A stretch of DNA of 56,918 nucleotides from a virus (lineage: Duplodnaviria > Caudoviricetes): positions 1 to 56,918 of IMG/VR virus record IMGVR_UViG_3300043410_002441, one strand, 5' to 3'. The position numbers and the translations under genes are program-made. Below, in pieces: positions 46,956-55,762 of the stretch (position 1 is the first letter of the stretch; each line of letters begins with the position of its first letter). A model generated the notes under the pieces. That model did no database searches. It had not been told where the DNA came from and worked only from the letters and a program-made list of their open reading frames with translations.

Positions 46956-49900
46956 ATGGCAAACAAAGTTTATGCATCTCCAGGTGTCTACACAACCGAA
47001 AAAGATTTAACATTTACAACTGAGACAGTTGGTGTTACAACATTAGGTGTAGTGGGTGAAACCTTAAAGGGTCCAGCGTTCCAACCAATATTCATCAGAA
47101 ATTTTGATGAATTTAAGACTACTTTTGGTGGTACTAATCCAGAAAAATTTAAAAATACTCAAATTGTTAAGTACGAATTACCGTACATCGCAAAACAGTA
47201 TTTAACACAATCAAATCAATTGTACGTTACAAGACTTTTAGGTTTATCTGGTTATGATGCTGGTATGGCTTGGGTTATTAAAACATTAGGTGCTATTGAT
47301 GAATCAACTTTATCACACACTGGTGTTACACAAACAACAATTAATTTTAAAGTTGACACAAATAATAACTCGTTTTATGTAACTGGTGTTAGTGGTAATA
47401 CAGATTTAATTGATTACTTAGCTAACGTAACAGGCGTTGCTACAACTGAATTTGATACAGTATTTAATCAATTCTTTACAACTATTGGCGGGTACATTAA
47501 TGCTGATTTTTATCTTGGTAACGCTATGTATTGGGGTCTTTTAACCAATGATATGGATAGTCAATTAACACTTGACGCTTCAAATTATAGTATTACACCA
47601 ACATACATTGACGCATACGAATTACCATTTACAATCCCAACTTCTGATAGAGATATCTACGTGTTAAACAATGAATTAACATATGATACAAATACTGAAA
47701 CATATAGTGGACCATCATTTGCTTTATATTGCCATACATTTACGCCTGCTGGTTCTCACGTACTTAACGGCCAATTAGAATTGTTCACTGTTACTTTAAC
47801 AGCTGATCCATTCATGGAAGGTCATAATAAGAATGTTGCTACTGTAAGAAGTAGAGGTAATTACACATCAGATGTGTTAGGTTATAAAGTTAATACTTTG
47901 GACATGGTTGCATCTTCAGGTGTTGTTAGTGATCCGTACTTAGCTTTTGATTTAACTGGTACAACAGCTAACCCTACTGGTGGTACTTTCTCATACACAG
48001 TTTCATTAGATTCTACAAAATCTAACTACATTAAAAAAGTTATTGGTACTACACCAACAGATAAAGATTCTCAAATTTATGTTGAGGAAGTTTATGACGC
48101 TTCTTTAAAATTTGGTTGGTTAAGTGGTAAAATTAAAGGTTTATACACTGAATTAACATCAGTTAACCATTGGGATCACTATAGATTCCAATATCAATCA
48201 CCAGTAACACCTTTCTTCGTTTCTGAATTAAGAGGTGGTTTACCACAAAGATTGTTCAGATTAATTTCTATCTCTGATGGTACAAGCGCTAATACAGAAA
48301 TCAAAACGTCAATTGCTAACGTTGATTTAGCTAAGAAAACATTTGATATCTATGTAAGAGCGTTCCGTGATACCGATGCAAATCCAGTTATTTTGGAAAA
48401 ATTTGTTGACTGTACAATGGATGAATCATTAGATAACTTTGTTGGTAGAAAAGTTGGTACAATTGATAACAAATACCCACTTAAGAGTTCTTATGTTGTT
48501 CTTGAGTTGGCTGTAAACGCACCAACAGATGGTGTTCCAGCTGGTTTTGAAGGTTATGAATTTAGAACAAATGGTTTAAGTGGTTATACTGCTACTGCTG
48601 TTCCTGAAATGCCTTATAAATTAAAGTATTACGCACCTGGTGACACAATTTATAACCCACCATTTGCTAACGCAACAGTTTCTAGTGGTGATAGAGTACC
48701 TAAACATTATTTAGGTTTTTCAAGTCAATTTGGTTATGACAAAGACTTATTATTGTTCAAAGGTAAAATAAGCACATTAGGTGACAACGCTTACAACACT
48801 GGTGATGATTACGCTACCAAAACAAAAGGTTTCCACATGGATATCAACGCTGGAAGTATTATTGATTCTGTAACTGGTGAGGAAGTATTCTCTGTAGGTG
48901 TTGGTACATTTGTTGATCCGATCGTTGTTGACGGTACAGCAACTCACCCATACAATAGCATGAGAACAAGAAAATTCACAGCTTTATTTGCTGGTGGTTT
49001 TGACGGTTGGGATGCTTACAGAATTAACAGAACAAACACAGACGAATATAAAATCGGTAGAACTGGTTTCGTAGCTGGACAATTTGATACATTCACAAAT
49101 GTTGAATATGCTGAATTATTTGGTACTTCTGACTACTACGCTACAATGTATGGTATCAGAACATTCCAAAACCCTGAAGAAACCGCTATCAATATCTTAG
49201 CAACTCCTGGTATTGACGTTTTAAACAACACAGACTTGGTTAGAGACGCAATTGAAGTTGTTGAAGAGAAAAGATTAGATGCAATTTATTTACCTACATT
49301 ACCTGATATCAAGTTGTTAAACAATAACAACCCTTCAGATACTGAAAGCTGGTACTTTGCTCAAGATATCGTTGACGAATTAGAAAACACTGATATCGAC
49401 TCTAACTACACTGCGGTTTACTATCCATGGATTCAAATCACAGATACTGATAATAACGCTAACTTGTATATCCCACCTACTGCTGAAGTAGTAAGAAACA
49501 TGGCTTATACTGATAACGTAGCGTTCCCTTGGTTTGCAACCGCTGGTTACAATAGAGGTTTGGTTAAATGTAATAGAGCTCGTATCGTTCTTGATCAAGA
49601 AGCGAGAGACGTGTTATATCCAGGTAGAATTAACCCATTAGCGACTTATTCAGACGTTGGGGTTGTAATCTGGGGTAACAGAAACTTACAAATCAAATCA
49701 AGCGCTCTTGACAGACTTAACATCAGAAGATTGTTATTACAAGCAAGAAGATTGATCATGAGTGTATCTAAGAGATTGTTATTTGATCCAAACGATACAA
49801 CAGTTAGAAATCAATTCTTATCGTTGGTTAACCCAATCTTGGATAATATTAGAAAAGAAAGAGGTTTAACAGACTTTAGAGTTAGCGTTGCAATGGACGT

Positions 49901-50021
49901 TGAAGATAATGATAGAAATACTTTAAAAGGTAAAATCTTTATCAAACCAACACCTACTTTAGAATTCATTGAACTTGAATTTACAGTAACTCCACAAAAC
50001 GTATCATTCGATAACATATAA
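46956..50021 (+). CDS. gp18: Tail sheath protein
   Basis: SPGVYTTEKD, YYPW, PWFATAGYNRG, INPL, WGNRNL, RLNIRRL, LEFI. Confidence 0.95.
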   Translation: MANKVYASPGVYTTEKDLTFTTETVGVTTLGVVGETLKGPAFQPIFIRNFDEFKTTFGGTNPEKFKNTQIVKYELPYIAKQYLTQSNQLYVTRLLGLSGYDAGMAWVIKTLGAIDESTLSHTGVTQTTINFKVDTNNNSFYVTGVSGNTDLIDYLANVTGVATTEFDTVFNQFFTTIGGYINADFYLGNAMYWGLLTNDMDSQLTLDASNYSITPTYIDAYELPFTIPTSDRDIYVLNNELTYDTNTETYSGPSFALYCHTFTPAGSHVLNGQLELFTVTLTADPFMEGHNKNVATVRSRGNYTSDVLGYKVNTLDMVASSGVVSDPYLAFDLTGTTANPTGGTFSYTVSLDSTKSNYIKKVIGTTPTDKDSQIYVEEVYDASLKFGWLSGKIKGLYTELTSVNHWDHYRFQYQSPVTPFFVSELRGGLPQRLFRLISISDGTSANTEIKTSIANVDLAKKTFDIYVRAFRDTDANPVILEKFVDCTMDESLDNFVGRKVGTIDNKYPLKSSYVVLELAVNAPTDGVPAGFEGYEFRTNGLSGYTATAVPEMPYKLKYYAPGDTIYNPPFANATVSSGDRVPKHYLGFSSQFGYDKDLLLFKGKISTLGDNAYNTGDDYATKTKGFHMDINAGSIIDSVTGEEVFSVGVGTFVDPIVVDGTATHPYNSMRTRKFTALFAGGFDGWDAYRINRTNTDEYKIGRTGFVAGQFDTFTNVEYAELFGTSDYYATMYGIRTFQNPEETAINILATPGIDVLNNTDLVRDAIEVVEEKRLDAIYLPTLPDIKLLNNNNPSDTESWYFAQDIVDELENTDIDSNYTAVYYPWIQITDTDNNANLYIPPTAEVVRNMAYTDNVAFPWFATAGYNRGLVKCNRARIVLDQEARDVLYPGRINPLATYSDVGVVIWGNRNLQIKSSALDRLNIRRLLLQARRLIMSVSKRLLFDPNDTTVRNQFLSLVNPILDNIRKERGLTDFRVSVAMDVEDNDRNTLKGKIFIKPTPTLEFIELEFTVTPQNVSFDNI

Positions 50022-50026
50022 TAAAA

Positions 50027-50057
50027 TTGGGGGTACCAAAAGTGCCCCCTTATTTTT
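50027..50057 (+). terminator. Intrinsic terminator after sheath
   Basis: GGGGTAC/GTGCCCC stem plus T-rich tail. Confidence 0.7.
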
Positions 50058-50348
50058 AGTCTCTTATTTACCATAGCTTATTTTCCGCTTACGGTAAAAT
50101 GGGAACTAATTAATAAAAAGAAAGTAACAAAGAAAAAATAATATATAGTACATATATATAATAGAATATAATAAATAATATATTATAGTACTATATTAAT
50201 AGAGTACCTTGGTTAAGACCCTTAACAAAAATAAGCCAAAAGAACTAAAAAGTCAAGTATTTTGAAATATTTTTTTAAAAAGGTGTACAAAAGCAAAAAC
50301 AAAGATATTTATTAATAAACAATAAAACAAAACTAAATAAAGAAAAAT

Positions 50349-50837
50349 ATGGCTAACTTATTAATGAAAATGCCTGTTCCTTACGAACCTAAAAGAAAGA
50401 ACAGGTTTATTTTAAGATTCCCAAGCTCACTTGGTATTAACGAGTGGTTTGTAATCTCTACGTCAAGACCAAAAATAGCAATAAACGAAGTTGAGATTCC
50501 ATTCTTAAATACTTCTACTTGGGTAGCTGGTAGATTTACATGGGATGCTATTGATGTTACGTTTAAAGATCCTATTGGTCCTTCAGCTGCACAAGCATTA
50601 ATGGAATGGGTTCGTCTACATGCTGAGTCTGTTACAGGTAGAATGGGTTATGCTGCTGGTTACAAAAAAGATATTGAATTAGAAATGCTTGATCCAACAG
50701 GTGTTGTTGTGGAAAAATGGATTCTTCAAGGTACATTTATGACCAACGTTGACTTTGGATCGTTAGAATACAGCGATGACGAAATCGCAGATATCACCGC
50801 AACATTAAGAATGGACCGTTGTATATTGGTTTACTAA
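50349..50837 (+). CDS. gp19: Tail tube protein (T4 gp19-like)
   Basis: EPKRKNRF, AGRFTW, YKKDI, W.LQG.F; follows sheath. Confidence 0.9.
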   Translation: MANLLMKMPVPYEPKRKNRFILRFPSSLGINEWFVISTSRPKIAINEVEIPFLNTSTWVAGRFTWDAIDVTFKDPIGPSAAQALMEWVRLHAESVTGRMGYAAGYKKDIELEMLDPTGVVVEKWILQGTFMTNVDFGSLEYSDDEIADITATLRMDRCILVY

Positions 50838-50859
50838 GATTTGCAATTACTATTTACAA

Positions 50860-50890
50860 GAAGGGGACGCTATGCGACCCCTTTTTTTTT
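50860..50890. terminator. Terminator between tube gene and convergent nuclease
   Basis: AAGGGGaCGC/GCGaCCCCTT stem plus T9. Confidence 0.8.
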
Positions 50891-51290
50891 ATCCATTAAG
50901 TAATTTACTATGTTTGGTGATAAAATTGTTTATTTTTTCAGTTAACAAAGTCTGTTTATCCATTTCATGCTCCCAAATGACCATTAAGGTGTATGAGAGG
51001 TCAAATTTTACGATTTTAACCTTGTATTGATCATTCTTTAGGTTTGCTCTTTGAAAGGCGTATTTTGGCTCTGGATTGTGTTTTTTGCAACAATGGAAAA
51101 AACAACCGTGAGTTTCAACTAAAATGTTATGATCTGTTAACAAAAAATCAAATTCCCTACCCTTGAACATAAAATGTTGTTCAAATTTAATATCTAGTTT
51201 GGTAAGTATTTCAGCAAAAGATACTTCTAAATTTGAAGTGCCGTTCATTTTTTTAAATAATTTACCAATTTTTCTTTTCTTTTTGGTCAT
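50889..51290 (-). CDS. Vsr/DUF559-like PD-(D/E)xK endonuclease
   Basis: SNLE...FDF...VETHGCFFH...D..K...VIWEHE. Confidence 0.75.
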   Translation of the reverse strand: MTKKKRKIGKLFKKMNGTSNLEVSFAEILTKLDIKFEQHFMFKGREFDFLLTDHNILVETHGCFFHCCKKHNPEPKYAFQRANLKNDQYKVKIVKFDLSYTLMVIWEHEMDKQTLLTEKINNFITKHSKLLNG

Positions 51291-51406
51291 ATGTGCGTAT
51301 TATTATAATAAGTACCGTCAAAATCACAGTAAACGGTAAAAAAAACAAAAAATATTGTTTACAGTATTTAATAATATACTATAATTAGATTAAATTTAAA
51401 GAAAAT

Positions 51407-52165
51407 ATGGATAACGGACAACAAGTTTACTTTGAGCCAGCGCATGACGTAATTAGCTTACCTTCTGGTGGTAAATTTTACAAAAATAAAAAGAGCACTA
51501 TTAAGGTGGCATATATGACTGCCGCTGATGAAAACATTTTAACTTCACCAAACTTATTACAAAGTGGTAAAGTTCTTGATGTTTTATTGGAAAAAAAGAT
51601 TTTAGATAAAGATATTAAAGCTGGTCAATTATTACCAGGTGATAGAAACGCTATTATCTTCTTTTTAAGAGCAACTGGTTATGGTGAGATCTACCCAGTT
51701 GAATTAACTGACCCTAAAACAGGTGAAAAATTTGTTGAGGAAATTGATATTAGTCAATTACCAACAAAAGAAAATCATTTACAACCAGACGAAAATGGTG
51801 AATGTTCATTTTTATTACCAAAATCTAAAAAAACGGTTAAATTTAGATATTTGACTTCAGAGGAAGATGAGAAAATAGTTAAAGAAGACCAAGCCAGAAC
51901 TAAAAAAATGGGGTCTAACGCTATTAGTCAATTAATGACTCTTAGATTGCAAAGTCAAATAACTGAAGTTGATGGTATTAGGGATAGATCAGCTATTTCT
52001 CAATTTATCGATAGCATGTCACCAATGGACTCTGCTGAGTTTAGAAAGCATTTAATGGACAACGAACCAGGTTTAGATTTGAACATTAATATACAAGCTC
52101 CAAGTGGAGAGTTTTTTTTTGGTGAACTTCCGATTACAGCCAAATTTCTTTGGCCTTACGTATGA
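51407..52165 (+). CDS. Baseplate hub/tail assembly chaperone (T4 gp26-like)
   Basis: LPSGG, MTAADENIL, GDRNAI..LR..GYG, FLWP C-terminus. Confidence 0.75.
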   Translation: MDNGQQVYFEPAHDVISLPSGGKFYKNKKSTIKVAYMTAADENILTSPNLLQSGKVLDVLLEKKILDKDIKAGQLLPGDRNAIIFFLRATGYGEIYPVELTDPKTGEKFVEEIDISQLPTKENHLQPDENGECSFLLPKSKKTVKFRYLTSEEDEKIVKEDQARTKKMGSNAISQLMTLRLQSQITEVDGIRDRSAISQFIDSMSPMDSAEFRKHLMDNEPGLDLNINIQAPSGEFFFGELPITAKFLWPYV

Positions 52166-52349
52166 GTATAGGAACCAAATGATGTATGAATCATACATTT
52201 TGGTTAAACACGCAAACTTTACCTATACTGACGTAATGATGATGCCAGTCTTTGAGAGAAGGAAATTTATTGACATTTTGATGGAAGAAAATGAAAAGAT
52301 AAAAGAGGCACGAGAACGAGAGATGAATAAAGCTAAAGCAAGACGATAA
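52143..52349 (+). CDS. Tail assembly chaperone second ORF (gp51-like), possibly frameshift-fused
   Basis: Y.LVKHANFTYTDVMMMPVFERRKFI pattern; overlaps the upstream gene in the +1 frame; start uncertain. Confidence 0.65.
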   Translation, partial: NFFGLTYEYRNQMMYESYILVKHANFTYTDVMMMPVFERRKFIDILMEENEKIKEAREREMNKAKARR

Positions 52350-52378
52350 AAGAAACCCACTAATAAGGTGGGTTTTTT
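52348..52378 (+). terminator. Intrinsic terminator
   Basis: AAACCCAC/GTGGGTTT stem plus T tract. Confidence 0.8.
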
Positions 52379-52410
52379 GTTTTAAAGGATATTTATATTA
52401 AACAATAGCG

Positions 52411-53154
52411 ATGAAAAAATATATTATAACAGAAGGTCAATTAGAAAAACTTGTCAATTCAATTGATGAGAGGGATGTTAAATTCTCTGAATTACCAAAA
52501 GCTTCTGGTAAAGATTTGGGTGGCCAGAAAGAATTAACCTTTCAAGAATTTATAACCCAATCAGAAAAAGATCAACAAAATGACCCAAATGCTGGTGCAC
52601 CTGATACTAAATTAAATGTACAAGCACAAGTAAGTGCGAATAGAGCTGGTTTTAATATTAATAAAACGGATCAAGCTCTTAAAAACATTGCTGGTAAGTT
52701 TTATAAACAAATGTATTCACTTGCGTATGATCCAGATTTAATGTCAATACCAGAGGGTTTAGCCGCTATTGTATTGACATTAGCTTATTCATTTGATGGA
52801 AAAGCGTACCCAGATTTTAAAATAAATTATTTAAAGAACGTTAATTATTTACAAAATAATTTAAGAAAAATTACAACGGACGGTTCATTAAAAACAATAC
52901 CAACTGGGATATATAGAAATCCAACTGATCCAGAAGATATTTTAATTTACACTTTAAATAATACTGTTGTAATACATGTTAATTCGCAAAAACTTACAAA
53001 AAAAGTTGAGTTTGGTAATATAGATCCGCAAACAATATCTAAAATTGAAAATTTTTTTAAAGACATAAATAACATTGATATTGTTAATAAAGCTATTGGT
53101 AGAAAAATAGTTAGTGTTAAAAGTACTGGTAATAATCTAGTTGTTAAATTTTAA
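52411..53154 (+). CDS. Hypothetical protein with MKKYIITEGQL leader (possible internal head protein)
   Basis: 247-aa ORF behind a late motif. Confidence 0.65.
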   Translation: MKKYIITEGQLEKLVNSIDERDVKFSELPKASGKDLGGQKELTFQEFITQSEKDQQNDPNAGAPDTKLNVQAQVSANRAGFNINKTDQALKNIAGKFYKQMYSLAYDPDLMSIPEGLAAIVLTLAYSFDGKAYPDFKINYLKNVNYLQNNLRKITTDGSLKTIPTGIYRNPTDPEDILIYTLNNTVVIHVNSQKLTKKVEFGNIDPQTISKIENFFKDINNIDIVNKAIGRKIVSVKSTGNNLVVKF

Positions 53155-53156
53155 TA

Positions 53157-55712
53157 ATGCAAGGTGACGTAGCTTCAATAATAGAGGAATTGGTTAAAAA
53201 ACTGCAAATTAATACGGCAGCAGCAACTAATTCACAACAAATGATCGAATCATATATCGAAGATGTAATTGATTCGTATAACAAAGCTATTGAACAAAAA
53301 AATGACATGTATAGATGGAACGCCAAGACAGAAAGTTTATGGGGTTATTTTAAAAGAGTACAAGAACAAAAACACAAAATTTATAAAGAAAGACAAAAAA
53401 GAAAAGAAAATATAGCGTTTCTTGAGGATCAGATTAATCTTTATAAAGAAAAAGAAAATGACGCAATAAATTCACATAAAAAGGAATTAGGTAACGAAAT
53501 TTTTAAAAGAAGGGTTCAATTAGAAATTGAAAAAGATATTAAAGAAGCTATGGATGATGTTGCCGATACAGTTGAAACTGGGGCAAAATCAAGAAACCCT
53601 TATTTAGCCGCAATATTGATTGGTGTGGGTCTTGTTATTGATGCTGCTAAAATGCTATTTAGAATAGCAAAGAGCATAATAACAATAGGGTTTTCATTAC
53701 TAACAGACGCACTTGGTGCTGATATGGGTATTGGTGCTGTTTTCAGAAAATTTCTTGAAATGCAAAAACTTGTTGGTAAAGTTTCTGCTGATTCTGGTTT
53801 AATAGCATCAGAAGCAAGAAAGTTTTTAGAGGATATGCCAACAATAATGAATGAAGTATTAGATGTTGGCGGTAGTATTGAACAAATTGGTGAGGCTTAT
53901 GAAGCATATAATAGATTAACAAATAGAAACAGGGTTTTCACTGGTGGTGAGTTTAAATCAATTATAGAACTTGGTTTAGGTACTGGTCTTGGTGTTGACG
54001 CTGCTGGTGAACTTATCGGTAATTTTGAAAATTTAGGTCTTTCGCTTGATAAAACATTAAAATTTACAGATTTTGTTAGAGGAAAAGCAATGGCTGTTTC
54101 GCAAAACCAAACTAAAGTACTTAAAAAAGTAAGTGAAACAATAATCGAATTAACTGGTTTTGGTATTGAAAAAGGTTTAGAGGGTATGACCAAATTGGTT
54201 ATAAAAACAGAAAAATTAAGAATTGACGCTAAAAAAAGTGTTTCAGCTTTTAAAGATGTTTTTACTGACCCAGAAAAAGCTGTTGAGACTGCTGGTACCG
54301 CTAGATTACTTGGTGGTAAATTTGCTTTGTTTTTTTCAAACCCATTTAATTTAATGGGTGAAAGTATGGATGATCCAGCTGCGTTAGTAGAAAAACTAAT
54401 AGAAAGTATTAAAGGTAAAGCATATAAAACAAAAAATGGATTTCAAATAGATGCCGCTGATCGTGAATTAATAAGACAATTTGCAAAAACATTTGATCAA
54501 GACGCTGATCAATTATTTAACGCTGCTATTGAAGATGCTAAATATTCAGATAAAATTGAAGCTTTAACAAAACGTGGTATAATTGGTTTAAGTGACGAAC
54601 AAAAAGATTTGGTAACGAATTTAATGACAATGAATGAAGATGGTTCTTACAGCATAAGATTGTCAAACGGTGTTGTGCAAAGATTATCAGAAACTCCAAG
54701 TAATACGGAAATATTTAAAACAATACAACAAGAAAGAAAAAACGAAGAATCGGCATTACTTAGAAAAACATTACAAGAAAGATTATTAATAGTACTTGAT
54801 AGATTTAATATTGGGTTTTCACAGTTTTTTGTTGAGTTGGATAAAGTTTTTAATAACCATAATACAATTAATGATCTTGATAGTTTAGCAAAAGATGTCT
54901 CGACTGGTACCATGGAGTTCATTAGAGAAAGTTTTAACGGCCCTTTTGGTAAAATGGTTAAAGATGGTTTTATTGCAATTAAAGATATTTTTCAAAAAAC
55001 ATTTTCAATATTTACTGATCCGAATAAAGAATTGGGTCAAAAAATATTAGAATTTGGTAAATATATGGTTGATCTTTTTGATATAAACATTTGGCCATGG
55101 CTTAGATATTTTAATGGTGCTTTAATTAAAGAATTAGGTAAGAAATTCTTATCTGAATCAATGGAAGGTTATGGTCTTAAAATGCAAAATAAAGCTGTTT
55201 TATCAGCTGGTGAAAATAGTATGTTAGCAAATAATTTATCTGAATTAATTAAAGAAACTAAAGATTATAATTCTTCATATGGTGCTAATATTGATGTTAG
55301 TAAATTGTATGATTTACAGAAAAAAATTGATGAGTCAAATAAAAAACTTGATAAAAATAAAAATCAATTAAATGGTTTAACAATACAACCATCTTTTATG
55401 AATTATGGTGCAAAAATGTCTAATACTACCGTACCGTATAGAAATGATGTTAATTTATCTCCATTACCAGATATACCAAGACCAACTATTTTTGCCAACG
55501 AGCAGATAATACAAGGTAGAAAAGATGACGCTCTTTTATTTTTTGATGAAAAAGCGACACAAATGGCTGTTGTAAAAAAACCAGTTGTTAATATAAATTT
55601 AGTTGGATCTATTGATTTAACAAAACATAATTTAGATAATGATGGTATTAATAACGCAAAAATTTTAACATCAAAACAAATAATAGGGCAATTAGCTAAT
55701 AATACTGTATAA
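53157..55712 (+). CDS. Tape-measure-like protein 1
   Basis: Long helical protein with a hydrophobic segment, downstream of the tail chaperones. Confidence 0.65.
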   Translation: MQGDVASIIEELVKKLQINTAAATNSQQMIESYIEDVIDSYNKAIEQKNDMYRWNAKTESLWGYFKRVQEQKHKIYKERQKRKENIAFLEDQINLYKEKENDAINSHKKELGNEIFKRRVQLEIEKDIKEAMDDVADTVETGAKSRNPYLAAILIGVGLVIDAAKMLFRIAKSIITIGFSLLTDALGADMGIGAVFRKFLEMQKLVGKVSADSGLIASEARKFLEDMPTIMNEVLDVGGSIEQIGEAYEAYNRLTNRNRVFTGGEFKSIIELGLGTGLGVDAAGELIGNFENLGLSLDKTLKFTDFVRGKAMAVSQNQTKVLKKVSETIIELTGFGIEKGLEGMTKLVIKTEKLRIDAKKSVSAFKDVFTDPEKAVETAGTARLLGGKFALFFSNPFNLMGESMDDPAALVEKLIESIKGKAYKTKNGFQIDAADRELIRQFAKTFDQDADQLFNAAIEDAKYSDKIEALTKRGIIGLSDEQKDLVTNLMTMNEDGSYSIRLSNGVVQRLSETPSNTEIFKTIQQERKNEESALLRKTLQERLLIVLDRFNIGFSQFFVELDKVFNNHNTINDLDSLAKDVSTGTMEFIRESFNGPFGKMVKDGFIAIKDIFQKTFSIFTDPNKELGQKILEFGKYMVDLFDINIWPWLRYFNGALIKELGKKFLSESMEGYGLKMQNKAVLSAGENSMLANNLSELIKETKDYNSSYGANIDVSKLYDLQKKIDESNKKLDKNKNQLNGLTIQPSFMNYGAKMSNTTVPYRNDVNLSPLPDIPRPTIFANEQIIQGRKDDALLFFDEKATQMAVVKKPVVNINLVGSIDLTKHNLDNDGINNAKILTSKQIIGQLANNTV

Positions 55713-55762
55713 AATAGATTATTTGATATTTATAGTTAAGCAATAATCATTAAATTTAATAT

